Source: Candidatus Acidiferrum sp.
GTDB lineage: Bacteria; Acidobacteriota; Terriglobia; Acidiferrales; UBA7541
NCBI GenBank assembly: GCA_035262705.1
Contig: DATFSI010000009.1
Location: 3 to 64,002, forward strand
Reading direction: 5' to 3'
DNA: 64,000 nucleotides
Both the position numbers and the translations under genes were made by a program. Numbering within the stretch: position 1 is the stretch's first letter; each line of letters begins with the position of its first letter. The notes below the pieces were generated by a model, which saw only the letters and a program-made list of their open reading frames with translations, had not been told where the DNA came from and made no database searches. This document shows, piece by piece, positions 44,175-53,942 of this stretch.

Positions 44175-46325
44175 CTAGGTCAGATCTTCCGGGCGAATCG
44201 GCAGGCGCCGCACGGGCTTGCCGGTGGCCGCGAAGATGGCGTTGCATATGGCAGGAGCGATGGGCGGCGTTCCCGGCTCGCCGATGCCGCCGGGGCCGTC
44301 GTTGCTCTGCACGATGTGCACTTCCACTTCGGGCGCTTCGCTGATGCGCACCATGTCGTAATCGTTGAAATTGGCCTGCTCGACGCGGCCGTTGGCAATG
44401 GTGATTTCGCCCTTTAGCGCGGCGGTCAGGCCATAGATGATTCCGCCTTCGATTTGCGCGTGAATCGTTTCCGGGTTGACGTGGCGCCCGCAATCGACGG
44501 CGGCAACCACGCGATGAACGCGCAGCGAGCGGGCCTTGCGGTCGATGCTGATTTCGGCGACTTCGGCGACGTGGCTGCCGAAGGATTCCACGACAGCGAT
44601 GCCGCGGTAGCGGTCCGCGGGCAGCGGCTTGCCCCAACCCGCCTTTTCCGCGGCCATTTCAAGGACGCCGCGTTGCCGCGCGTCTGTGGAAAGCATGGCG
44701 CGTCGGAATTCAAACGGGTCCTTGCCGGCGGCCTTGGCCATTTCGTCGACAAAGCACTCCGCGATGTAGCCGTTATGCGAATTGCCCACGGAACGCCAGA
44801 AGCCCACGGGCACACCGGTTTCCGTCAGCTGATATTCGACCAGGAAATTTGGCACGTCATATTTCAGCGTGGCTATGCCTTCGGTGGCCGTGTCGTCCAG
44901 TCCGTTTTTGACTGAGCCGGGGAAAAAGCGCGACATGATGGAAGGCCCGGCGATGCGCGACTTCCACGCGGCAACTTTTCCGGAACCGTCCAGCCCGGCC
45001 CAAAGCTTCACCATCACCGTCGGACGGTACAGGTCGTGCTGCATGTCGTCTTCACGCGACCAGGTCACTTGCACGGGCGCGCCCATGGTTTTCGAAAGCT
45101 CGACAGCCTCGGCGACGAAGTCCTGTTCGGCGCGGCGGCCGAAGCCACCACCAAGATACGTTGTGTGAATGCGCACCTGCTCGGGCTTCAGGCCGGTAAT
45201 TTTTGCCCCGGTCATCTGCGCAAAGGTTTGAAACTGCGTGGGCGCATAGATGTCACAGCCGTCGGCGCGCACGTCGGCGGTGCAGTTCATCGGTTCCATG
45301 GTTGCGTGCGCGAGAAAGGGGACTTCGTAAACTGCTTCGACTTTCTTCGCGGAGCCGCCCATGGCGGCGTCGGCGTCGCCTTCCTTGCGGGCGATAACGC
45401 CGGGTTGCTCTAGACGGCCCTGATACAGCTTGCGGATGGCGTCACTGGAGTTTTTCGCGTTTGCGCCTTCGTCCCAGCTGATGTGCATCGCTTCGCGGCC
45501 TTGCATGGCCGACCAGGTGTTGTCCGCGACGACGGCAACGCCCGTGGACACCTGTACGACATTTTTCACGCCGCTGACGGCTTTCGCCTTGCCGGCATCG
45601 AAACCTTTCACTGTGCCGCCGAAGACAGGGCAGCGCGCCACCACGGCGTGTAGCATTTTGGGCTGGCGCACGTCGATGCCGAACTCCGCCGTACCGGTCA
45701 CTTTTATTTTAGAATCGATGCGCTTCGTCGGTTTTCCGATGAGTTTGTAGTCTTTTGCCGATTTAGGTTTTGGGCTGGCCGGCACAGGGAGCTTTGCCGC
45801 ATCCTCGGCAAGTTCGCCGTAGCTGATGCGCTTACCGGAAGAGGTATTCACCACTGCGCTGTTCTCCGTGTAGCAAGCGGAGGGCTCGACGTTCCACTTT
45901 TTCGCCGCGGCGGCAATGAGCATTTCGCGCCCTGCCGCGCCGGTCTTCGCGAGAGGTTCCCAGGAACCGCGCACACTGGTGCTTCCGCCCGTCCCTTGCA
46001 AGCCGAAAACGGGGTTGAAGTAAACCGGCGCGGCCGGCGCAAACACGGTCTTGATCTTTTTCCAGTCGAGATCGAGTTCTTCGGCCAGGATCATCGCCAG
46101 GGCGGTGTTGATTCCCTGGCCCATTTCGGACTTGTCGATGAATAGCGTCGTGGTGTCGTCTGGCGCGATCTGCACCCAGGCATTCATCGTTGCCGGGTCT
46201 TTTGCCGGCACGCCTGCCAGCGCCTCGTACTTTCCCGGCAGATAGAGGCCAATAACCAGCCCAACTCCACCCGCGGTGCTTTTTTTCAGGAACTCCCGAC
46301 GGCCCACCACGTCAGTCGTTGCCAT
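44175..46325 (-). CDS. IorB-type molybdopterin oxidoreductase large subunit, paralogue 2
   Basis: Tat-like GRREFLK, KSEMGQG, QGTGGSTS, GGGFGRR, WRSV, GIGEP; start at MATTDVV. Confidence 0.88.
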   Translation of the reverse strand: MATTDVVGRREFLKKSTAGGVGLVIGLYLPGKYEALAGVPAKDPATMNAWVQIAPDDTTTLFIDKSEMGQGINTALAMILAEELDLDWKKIKTVFAPAAPVYFNPVFGLQGTGGSTSVRGSWEPLAKTGAAGREMLIAAAAKKWNVEPSACYTENSAVVNTSSGKRISYGELAEDAAKLPVPASPKPKSAKDYKLIGKPTKRIDSKIKVTGTAEFGIDVRQPKMLHAVVARCPVFGGTVKGFDAGKAKAVSGVKNVVQVSTGVAVVADNTWSAMQGREAMHISWDEGANAKNSSDAIRKLYQGRLEQPGVIARKEGDADAAMGGSAKKVEAVYEVPFLAHATMEPMNCTADVRADGCDIYAPTQFQTFAQMTGAKITGLKPEQVRIHTTYLGGGFGRRAEQDFVAEAVELSKTMGAPVQVTWSREDDMQHDLYRPTVMVKLWAGLDGSGKVAAWKSRIAGPSIMSRFFPGSVKNGLDDTATEGIATLKYDVPNFLVEYQLTETGVPVGFWRSVGNSHNGYIAECFVDEMAKAAGKDPFEFRRAMLSTDARQRGVLEMAAEKAGWGKPLPADRYRGIAVVESFGSHVAEVAEISIDRKARSLRVHRVVAAVDCGRHVNPETIHAQIEGGIIYGLTAALKGEITIANGRVEQANFNDYDMVRISEAPEVEVHIVQSNDGPGGIGEPGTPPIAPAICNAIFAATGKPVRRLPIRPEDLT

Positions 46326-46336
46326 TTTTTCTCCTC

Positions 46337-48553
46337 TCAAGCCAAGTCTTGAGCCCGAATCGGCAGCCGGCGCAACCGTTTGCCGGTGGCCGAAAAAATC
46401 GCGTTGCAAATCGCCGGGGCGATCACCGGCACGGTCGGTTCACCGATGCCGGTCGGCGCTTCGTTATTCACCACCAGGTGCACTTCTATCTTCGGCGTCT
46501 CTTTCATACGAATCATGGCGTAGTCGTTGAAGTTCGACTGCACCACGCGGCCGCGCTCGACGGTTATAGCGTCTTTCACTGTCGCCGTCAGCGCATATAT
46601 CACGGCGCTTTCGACTTGCGCGCGCACGCCGTTGGGATTCACGAGACGCCCGCAATCGACACCGCATATGATACGTTTCACGGTGATTCCGCGAGGGCTG
46701 GCCGCGACTTCGGCAACGGCGGCCACGTAGGAATTGAACGAGAAGAATCCAGCGATACCGCGGCCTTCACCGGCTGGCATGGAGTTTCCCCATCCCGCCC
46801 TTTCCGCAGCCAGGCGCAGCACGCCTTTCAAGCGAGCGGTATCCAGAGGCGGATCGTTCGGATCACTGTTCAGTTGCGGAATCTTGCGCGAATCGCCAAT
46901 CAGCTTCAAGCGGTACTCCAGAGGATCCTGTCCCGCGGAGTGCGCCAGTTCGTCGGCGAAACTTTCCATGACGAATCCGCTGCTTGAATGCTCCACCGAA
47001 CGCCACCACGCACGCGGGGCACTGGAGTGCGCCAGCGTGTATTCGATGCGGAGGTTGGGAGTTTGGTACGGCGGTGTGGTGCCGGTGCCGAATTCACTGT
47101 CCTCGGGCTTTTCCACGCCGTTTTTTTCCCACTTGTAGGCGATGGAGGTGGAGGTCTGAAAATGCTTGTACGCGAGGAGGTCACCGGTGTCGCCCAAAGC
47201 GGCTTGTAGGAGATGATAGGACGCGGGGCGATAGAAATCGTGCTGCATATCGTCTTCGCGGGTCCAGACAACCATGACGGGCTTCCCCATGGCTTTCGCC
47301 ACCTGCGCCGCTTCCATTACGAAGTCCGCCTGATAGCGCCGGCCGAAGCCGCCGCCAAGCTGCGTGGTACGTACGTCCACCTTCTCGGGAGGAAGCCCGG
47401 CGATTTCCGCGATGACGCTCTGCGCCCATTGTGGGGCTTGCGTAGGAACCCAGGCTTCGGCGCGATCGGCCTGAATGTGGACCGTGCAGTTCATCGGCTC
47501 CATGCAGACGTGCGCGGCGAAAGGCAACTCGTAAGCTGCGGTGAGTCTCTCGGTTGATTTTTGCAAGGCGGCATCCGCGTCGCCCTCGTTGCGAACGACT
47601 TTTCCGGGCTTGGAAGCGAGAGCGAGAAACTGCTTGCGCAATTCTTCGGTGGATTCGTTCGCCGCTGCCCCTTCATCCCACTTCACTTCGAGAGCCTTGC
47701 GCCCCTGCATGGCGGCCCAAGAATTTTCGGCGATGACGGCTACGCCGCCGGTGGTCGAAGCGCCGCGCCCGGAGGTTTCGATTTTCACCACCTCGCGGAC
47801 GCCGCGGACTTGTTTGGCTTTGGTGGCATCGAACGAGGCGACCTGGCCGTCAAAGACGGGGCAGCGCGCGATTACGGCATACAACATGCCCGGGACGCGC
47901 GAATCGATTCCATATTTTGCCGCGCCGGTGGCCTTGGAGGCCGTATCGATGCGCCGCGTGTCCTGGCCGACGAGCGTGAACTCGCTCGCGTTTTTGAGCG
48001 GCACCTGCTTGAGATTGGGAATGGGCAATTGCGCGGCATCGGCCACCAGTTCGCCATAGCTAAACGCGCGCTCCGGATGACCGTGGATGACGTGGCCGTT
48101 CTGTGCCTTGCAGGTGTCCGGGGTGACTTCCCATTTTCTGGCTGCGGCGAGGATCAACATCTCCCGCGCGGCCGCGCCTGCCTGGCGCAACGGCAGCCAG
48201 GAATCGGAGACGCTGCCACTACCGCCGGTGCCTAGGTCGTAGATTTTGGGATTGGTGACCGCTTGCTCGACGGTCACTTGTTTCCAGTCGACGCACAACT
48301 CTTCGGCCAAAATCATCGGGAGCGAGGTCATCACGCCCTGGCCCATTTCGGATTTCCCGAGGATCAGCGTGACTTTATCGTCCGGCGAGATTTTCACCCA
48401 AGCGCTGAACGGGTTGACCGGCGGTTTTTCTTGCGCTTGCGCCGGGTCGTCGGCTGCTCGTGCGGGCAGATGAAACCCCACGAGCAACATGGCACCGCCC
48501 GCAGCAGTCGTTTTTAGGAAGTCACGGCGATAGAAAAGGGCCGTCGGAGACAT
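46337..48553 (-). CDS. IorB-type molybdopterin oxidoreductase large subunit, paralogue 1
   Basis: Tat-like YRRDFLK, KSEMGQG, GTGGSGS, GGGFGRR, WWRSV, GIGEP; start at MSPTALF. Confidence 0.88.
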   Translation of the reverse strand: MSPTALFYRRDFLKTTAAGGAMLLVGFHLPARAADDPAQAQEKPPVNPFSAWVKISPDDKVTLILGKSEMGQGVMTSLPMILAEELCVDWKQVTVEQAVTNPKIYDLGTGGSGSVSDSWLPLRQAGAAAREMLILAAARKWEVTPDTCKAQNGHVIHGHPERAFSYGELVADAAQLPIPNLKQVPLKNASEFTLVGQDTRRIDTASKATGAAKYGIDSRVPGMLYAVIARCPVFDGQVASFDATKAKQVRGVREVVKIETSGRGASTTGGVAVIAENSWAAMQGRKALEVKWDEGAAANESTEELRKQFLALASKPGKVVRNEGDADAALQKSTERLTAAYELPFAAHVCMEPMNCTVHIQADRAEAWVPTQAPQWAQSVIAEIAGLPPEKVDVRTTQLGGGFGRRYQADFVMEAAQVAKAMGKPVMVVWTREDDMQHDFYRPASYHLLQAALGDTGDLLAYKHFQTSTSIAYKWEKNGVEKPEDSEFGTGTTPPYQTPNLRIEYTLAHSSAPRAWWRSVEHSSSGFVMESFADELAHSAGQDPLEYRLKLIGDSRKIPQLNSDPNDPPLDTARLKGVLRLAAERAGWGNSMPAGEGRGIAGFFSFNSYVAAVAEVAASPRGITVKRIICGVDCGRLVNPNGVRAQVESAVIYALTATVKDAITVERGRVVQSNFNDYAMIRMKETPKIEVHLVVNNEAPTGIGEPTVPVIAPAICNAIFSATGKRLRRLPIRAQDLA

Positions 48554-48606
48554 GACGCACCTCGATGGACTTTCAGCGTGGCTGCCGGGGCGCCGCGGCA
48601 GGAAGG

Positions 48607-49071
48607 TTACTTGCCGGCTTGCAGAGAAGCGGCGTGGTGAATGGCTTTGCGGATCCGCTGATAGGTGCCGCAGCGGCAGATGTTGCCGCTCATGGCATCG
48701 TCGATGTCGGCGTCGGTGGGATTGGCTTTCTTGGCCAGTAACGCCGCCGCGGACATGATCTGCCCGGACTGGCAGTAGCCGCACTGCGGCACGTCTTCTT
48801 CGATCCAGGCCTTTTGCACCGGATGCGAAGCATCCGTGGAAAGGCCTTCGATGGTGATTACTTTTTTGCCCGCGACGCTGGAAATCGGGGTGATGCAGGA
48901 ACGCGTGGCTTCACCGTTGATGTGCACGGTGCATGCGCCGCAGAGCGCCATGCCACAGCCGAACTTCGTGCCGGTCATGTTCAGGGTATCGCGCAAAACC
49001 CACAACAGCGGCATTTGCGGATCAACATCGACGGTGGTGGACTTGCCATTCAAAGTGAAGGTGGTGCCCAT
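48607..49071 (-). CDS. IorA-type (2Fe-2S) small subunit
   Basis: [42 protein letters not shown]. Confidence 0.92.
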   Translation of the reverse strand: MGTTFTLNGKSTTVDVDPQMPLLWVLRDTLNMTGTKFGCGMALCGACTVHINGEATRSCITPISSVAGKKVITIEGLSTDASHPVQKAWIEEDVPQCGYCQSGQIMSAAALLAKKANPTDADIDDAMSGNICRCGTYQRIRKAIHHAASLQAGK

Positions 49072-49184
49072 GCTTTCCTCCCCAGTGCGTTCCATATCCT
49101 ACACCACGGCGCCCTGCGATGGAAATCGGCGAAAATCCGCTTATCGAACTGGTGCGACGGCGCTCTTAAACGTCGGCTCGGAAT

Positions 49185-50060
49185 TCAGGCCGTGGTGGCG
49201 CGGGATTTCACGGTGCGGGCGAGAAAATCCAGGATGGTGTTACCAATTTCCTGATGATGGGTTTCCAGGGCGAAGTGGCCGGTGTCGTACAAGTGGACTT
49301 CGGCGGTCGGGATGTCGCGCTTGTAGGCTTCAGCGCCAGGGGGAAGGAAAAAGGGATCGTTCTTGCCCCACACGGCCAGCAGTGGCGGACGGAAGGTGCG
49401 GAAATATTCCTGGAACTTGGGATAGAGGGCGACATTGCTCGCGTAGTCGAGGAAGAGGTCGAGCTGAATTTCGTCATTTTCCGGACGCGCCAGCAGAGCG
49501 GAGTCGAGCGTGTAAGATTCAGGGGCGACCTGGGATTCGTCCTTCACGCCGTGGGTGTATTGCCATTTGGTGAGTTCGGGGGTCAGGAACGCGCGCAATG
49601 CCGCGCGATTTTCGGCCGTGGGTTCTTTCCAATACTTCTGGATGGGATTCCATCCCTCGCTCAGGCCTTCTTCATAGGCGTTGCCGTTTTGCGAAATGAT
49701 GGCGGTGACGCGCTCTGGATGCGCGAACGCCAACCGAAAGCCGACGGGAGCCCCATAATCGAACACGTAAATCGCGTAGCTCTTCAGGTCGGCGGCTTGC
49801 GTAAATGCGTCGATCGTTTTGGCTAACTTGCCAAAGGTGTAACGAAACTCGCTGCGGGGCGCAACGTCAGAAAAGCCGAAGCCCGGCAGGTCAGGAGCGA
49901 CCACGTGGTAACGCTCCGCAAGCATGGGAATCAGGTTGCGGAACATGTGCGAAGAGGTGGGAAAACCATGCAGCAGCAATACGGTTGGCGCGGTGCTGGG
50001 TCCCGCTTCGCGGTAGAAAATGTTGCGGCCGTCCACAAGAATTCGTCGGTAATTAATCAT
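49185..50060 (-). CDS. Alpha/beta hydrolase (epoxide hydrolase/dehalogenase family)
   Basis: LLHGFP, APDLPGFG, FDYGAP nucleophile elbow, WGKND, GHFALE; start at MINYRR. Confidence 0.9.
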   Translation of the reverse strand: MINYRRILVDGRNIFYREAGPSTAPTVLLLHGFPTSSHMFRNLIPMLAERYHVVAPDLPGFGFSDVAPRSEFRYTFGKLAKTIDAFTQAADLKSYAIYVFDYGAPVGFRLAFAHPERVTAIISQNGNAYEEGLSEGWNPIQKYWKEPTAENRAALRAFLTPELTKWQYTHGVKDESQVAPESYTLDSALLARPENDEIQLDLFLDYASNVALYPKFQEYFRTFRPPLLAVWGKNDPFFLPPGAEAYKRDIPTAEVHLYDTGHFALETHHQEIGNTILDFLARTVKSRATTA

Positions 50061-50158
50061 TTCAGGTCTCCTTAGCCCCGCCAGGAGCAAGGTGCGGCTC
50101 CTGGCACGCCCTTGGATCAGATGCGCGAGTCTTCACAAGGTTTCCGTTTTGTTCAACT

Positions 50159-50295
50159 TCAAACAATGACGGCGATCTTGCCGTTGGCGCGGTCCGATTC
50201 CAAACGATGCGCATCCTGACCCGTTCGAATGAAAAGAGATGCGCCGGCTTGGCCTGATAGGAGCCGTCTGCTACGCGGTCGAAGATCCGCGCAAG
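50159..50295 (-). pseudogene. Frameshifted C-terminal remnant of an MDR quinone oxidoreductase gene
   Basis: One frame gives LARIFDRVADGSYQAKPAHLFSFERV, a shifted frame continues QDAHRLESDRANGKIAVIV-stop (compare AHAYMESNQQFGKIVV at 36759); upstream in-frame TAA, no N-terminal domain. Confidence 0.6.
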
Positions 50296-50410
50296 TACGG
50301 TTTACGTACTTACAGGGATTGCTCCGTGTGACGTGGATCGCCCTCAAGTGGAACGACAGATCGAAGCGCTGCTGCAGGGCCTCCGTTCATAGAAATTTCA
50401 TTCTTGGAAG

Positions 50411-53400
50411 CTACAACGTCACGGGTTCGCGCGCCGCGGGAGGTTCCTTCTCGACGCCTTTCCATCCCACGGGACGCCCGCTTACGGCTTCTTTCACCGA
50501 GCGGAACAACACGATGTACATCAACTGACGGTAATAGAAGCGTTGCAGCAGCACCGGGACGAGCAGCGTCCAGTCCTCATGGCGCTCCAGCGCGAAAGCC
50601 ACCACGCAGGTCAAGACGTCAATGATCAGGAAGCCCAGGAAGAACACAACGGAGCGCTGCATGTCCGCGCTGGTCCAGAGATGTGGGATTTGCGTGATAT
50701 GCAGCCCGGCCAGCCCCCAAAGGAGCAGGCTACCGAGAAACAGCAGATCCAGGATCGGAGAAACCAGCGGCAGGGCAATCTGAAAAATAAAAATGTTGGG
50801 CAGGGCGATGAAGCCCAGCGTGCCGTACTTCGGGCGGAACACCGTCTCACCATGTTTCCAGAAAGATTGCAGCGTTCCGAACGTCCAGCGGAAGCGCTGG
50901 CGGATCAACTGGCCCGGCGTTTCCGGCGCTTCGGTCCAGGCGATCGCTTCTTCGTCGTAGGTAATGCGCCAACCCAAGCGGCGGATGGCGATGGTTAGGT
51001 CGGCGTCTTCGGCCACAGTGTCCGCGGTAATGCCTCCGGCGGCTTCGATGGCCTGCTTGCGCCAAGCGCCCAACGCGCCGGGGACGACAGTGATGCAGTT
51101 CAGCAGATCGAAGGCGCGCTTCTCCATGTTCTGGCTGGTGACGTATTCGAGGGCCTGCCAGCGCGTAAGCCAGCGCGAACGGTTGCCGACCTTGACGTTG
51201 CCGGCGACCGCGCCGACCTTAGGGTTGGAAAAATGGCGCAGCAGTTTGCGGATGGCGTTGGGCTCGATTTCCGTGTCCGCATCGATGGTTACGACAATTT
51301 CCGTCAGCGCGTGGCTCATGGCGTTGTTGAGCGCCGCCGCCTTGCCGCGGTTGGATTGGTGAATGATCTGCACGTGGACGTTACGGCCGAAATTGCTTTG
51401 CAGAAGCTCCAGGGTGCGGTCTTTCGAGCCGTCGTCCACGACGATCACGTGGATGTCCTCAAGATCGGAAAGCAGCACGGACTGCACCGTCTGCACAATC
51501 ACGCTTTCTTCGTTGTGCGCGGGAATCAGGACGGTGACGCCCGGCGGCGGCTCCGACAGCTTTGCCGTATCCGGGCGCAATTTTTCGAGGATGGCCAGCA
51601 GCCCTACGATGACTGCGCGCCCGCTGACCAGCACGATGCCGAGAATGAAAATAGTGGCAATGGCGAAGCGTGACCACTGAAAGATGCTGAAGATGAAACC
51701 GTCGGCGCGGGCCGCCAGGCGTTCCCGCAACGACAGCGGGACCATCAGGTCCGCCCTCTTCTTCCCCACCAGGTCGGCCACGGAAACGAATTCGTAACCT
51801 CGCGAGCGCAGCTCATCAATAATCAGCGGCAGCGCCTTCACCGTCTGCTCGCGTTCGCCACCCCCGTCGTGCAGCAACACGATGTTCCCGTTCTTGGCCT
51901 GGCGGAGCACATCGTCGGCAATTTCCTGCGCAGGGCGCTGCTTTTGATCGTCGGTCATGCGCCAATCGTCGGGATCGATCTTCTGGCCGACGATGATGTA
52001 GCCCAACTCCTGCGGGTAAGGAAGCTGTGCCACTTCTTCCGCGTATTCCGGCTGGTGGTCGATGCCGTAAGGCGGACGGAAGAGCAGCGACTTGACGCCC
52101 AGAGTGCTTTCTATCAGGCGCTGCGTGAGGTTGAGCTGCCATTGCACTTCGGTACGGCCGATCTGGTCGAACTTAGGATGCGTGAAGGTATGGTTCCCGA
52201 TTTCGTGGCCTTCGTTGTACTCGCGTTTTAGCAAGTCCGGAGCCTGGTTGGCTTGTTCCCCGATGACGAAAAAAATTCCGGGAACTTTCTTTTGCTTCAA
52301 AACATCCAGGATTTTTGGCGTCCATTGGCGATCCGGGCCATCGTCAAACGACAACACAATCTTGTTCTTGGCGGCCCCGATTTGGTCGATATCGTAGGAG
52401 AGCGGATAAGCTTCGTAATTTTCGTCGGTGATCTGATCGCTCGCAGCCTCGTAGGTAAAACTCCGGCGCCCTTGCTTGGGAGTATCGGTGATATGCCAGA
52501 TGTCGCCATCGCCTTCGAGGATCAGGTCGGGGCCAGGAGGGAGCTCCGCGAGTTTCGCGCGCACGGTGTCGTCGGGGCGCGTGGTATCCCAGATGGGCCA
52601 CAAGGAGGTGTCGGAAGAACCCAGTCGCCAGAGAGCGGTGCCCTGCACGCCGAGGCGCTCGCTGGCGCGCAGTTCGTTGTATGCGGTGACGGCGTCGAGC
52701 AGCCACACCTGGTGGGTGTGGTTCTGCTCATCTTCGTAGGAATAATGCGGGTTCAGGGAATCGGAATCGAATTCTATTTCGCTTTCCGATTCGTAAGCGT
52801 GCAGCAGCGCTTCCTGAATGCTGAATTCTTCCGCGTGCGGTGCTTCCTTTTTCGAGGTTTCCGTCCAGTCGTAGGCGTAATTCGCCACGCCCATCACGAT
52901 TTTTTGCGCAGGGACCACGTCGAGCACCTGGCGCATGTTTTCCGTGAACCAGTCCTGCGCGGCGATGGGACCTGGGGGCGAGGTCAGCCAGTGCTGGTCG
53001 TAGTTCATCAGGATGATGGCATCGGTGGTCTTGCCAAAGAATTCGTAATCGTAGGCGTCGTCGCGGGCGGGCAGCGCGATCATGAGCTTCAGCCCCACGG
53101 CGTGCAGCGACGGCGCGAATTGCCCGATGAACTCGCGGAAATTGGCCTGGCTTTTGTCCGGCACTTCCTCGAAATCCACGACGATGCCGGCTTGTTTGGC
53201 AAGCACGGCGTATTGCGTGACGTCGGAAAGCAGCCTACTCCGCGAGGCGGGATTGGCCAGCAACTCCGCCATTTCCTTCACGCGCCAAACCTGGCCGTCA
53301 TAGTTGTTCAGCAGGCCCATCATGGGAAGTTCCTGGGGAGGTGTCAGCGAGCGCATCCACTGGTGCAGTTTGTCCTGCTGCAGGCGCGCCAGCGCTTCCA

Positions 53401-53845
53401 TGGGAGAGACCTGCACGGTCTGGTTGCTTTCGTAATCCACCACGGTGATGGCCCCATCTGGGGTGACCGCGTGCAACTGCTCGGGCATGAGCAGGTCGAT
53501 GTCCTTGTAATGCTTTTTCAGCGAGGCCAGGCTGTTGGGATCCCAGCTCACGAAAAACGCGGCGCGCAGCGGATCATAGGCCGCCGGAATGTTGCCGATG
53601 TTGGCGACGCGTTTGTGGCGCCCTTCGCGCAGTGCCACGGGTTTAAGCAGTTTTTTCTTGATCGAATGGTAGACCGGCCGCGTATCGGGCAGCAGCGAGG
53701 AAGGCAGTTCCACGGTCCGGATAATGGTGAAGAAGAAGTACACGAGCAGCAGGGTCAGCATCGCGCCGCTGAGTTCCAGCATGCGCCGCGTGCGTCGCCA
53801 GCGGACTTTCTCCGCGTCGTAAAAAATGGGTTTTCGTTCTTTCAT
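50411..53845 (-). CDS. GH18-like + CE4 polysaccharide deacetylase + GT2 synthase fusion protein
   Basis: GIVVDFEE and MNYDQH (GH18-like); SFDDGP, HTFTH, FRPPYG, LLHDGG (CE4); IPAHNE, DDGS.D, DADT, AED, QRFRW (GT2); start at MKERKP. Confidence 0.9.
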   Translation of the reverse strand: MKERKPIFYDAEKVRWRRTRRMLELSGAMLTLLLVYFFFTIIRTVELPSSLLPDTRPVYHSIKKKLLKPVALREGRHKRVANIGNIPAAYDPLRAAFFVSWDPNSLASLKKHYKDIDLLMPEQLHAVTPDGAITVVDYESNQTVQVSPMEALARLQQDKLHQWMRSLTPPQELPMMGLLNNYDGQVWRVKEMAELLANPASRSRLLSDVTQYAVLAKQAGIVVDFEEVPDKSQANFREFIGQFAPSLHAVGLKLMIALPARDDAYDYEFFGKTTDAIILMNYDQHWLTSPPGPIAAQDWFTENMRQVLDVVPAQKIVMGVANYAYDWTETSKKEAPHAEEFSIQEALLHAYESESEIEFDSDSLNPHYSYEDEQNHTHQVWLLDAVTAYNELRASERLGVQGTALWRLGSSDTSLWPIWDTTRPDDTVRAKLAELPPGPDLILEGDGDIWHITDTPKQGRRSFTYEAASDQITDENYEAYPLSYDIDQIGAAKNKIVLSFDDGPDRQWTPKILDVLKQKKVPGIFFVIGEQANQAPDLLKREYNEGHEIGNHTFTHPKFDQIGRTEVQWQLNLTQRLIESTLGVKSLLFRPPYGIDHQPEYAEEVAQLPYPQELGYIIVGQKIDPDDWRMTDDQKQRPAQEIADDVLRQAKNGNIVLLHDGGGEREQTVKALPLIIDELRSRGYEFVSVADLVGKKRADLMVPLSLRERLAARADGFIFSIFQWSRFAIATIFILGIVLVSGRAVIVGLLAILEKLRPDTAKLSEPPPGVTVLIPAHNEESVIVQTVQSVLLSDLEDIHVIVVDDGSKDRTLELLQSNFGRNVHVQIIHQSNRGKAAALNNAMSHALTEIVVTIDADTEIEPNAIRKLLRHFSNPKVGAVAGNVKVGNRSRWLTRWQALEYVTSQNMEKRAFDLLNCITVVPGALGAWRKQAIEAAGGITADTVAEDADLTIAIRRLGWRITYDEEAIAWTEAPETPGQLIRQRFRWTFGTLQSFWKHGETVFRPKYGTLGFIALPNIFIFQIALPLVSPILDLLFLGSLLLWGLAGLHITQIPHLWTSADMQRSVVFFLGFLIIDVLTCVVAFALERHEDWTLLVPVLLQRFYYRQLMYIVLFRSVKEAVSGRPVGWKGVEKEPPAAREPVTL

Positions 53846-53942
53846 GAAGCGTGCGACCCGCAGGCGTGGCCGGGTGCCTGCCGGCGTTAGGGTACTCCGT
53901 CCGGTAGAACAATTCTCCTGTATTGTAAGATGCAAAGCACAA

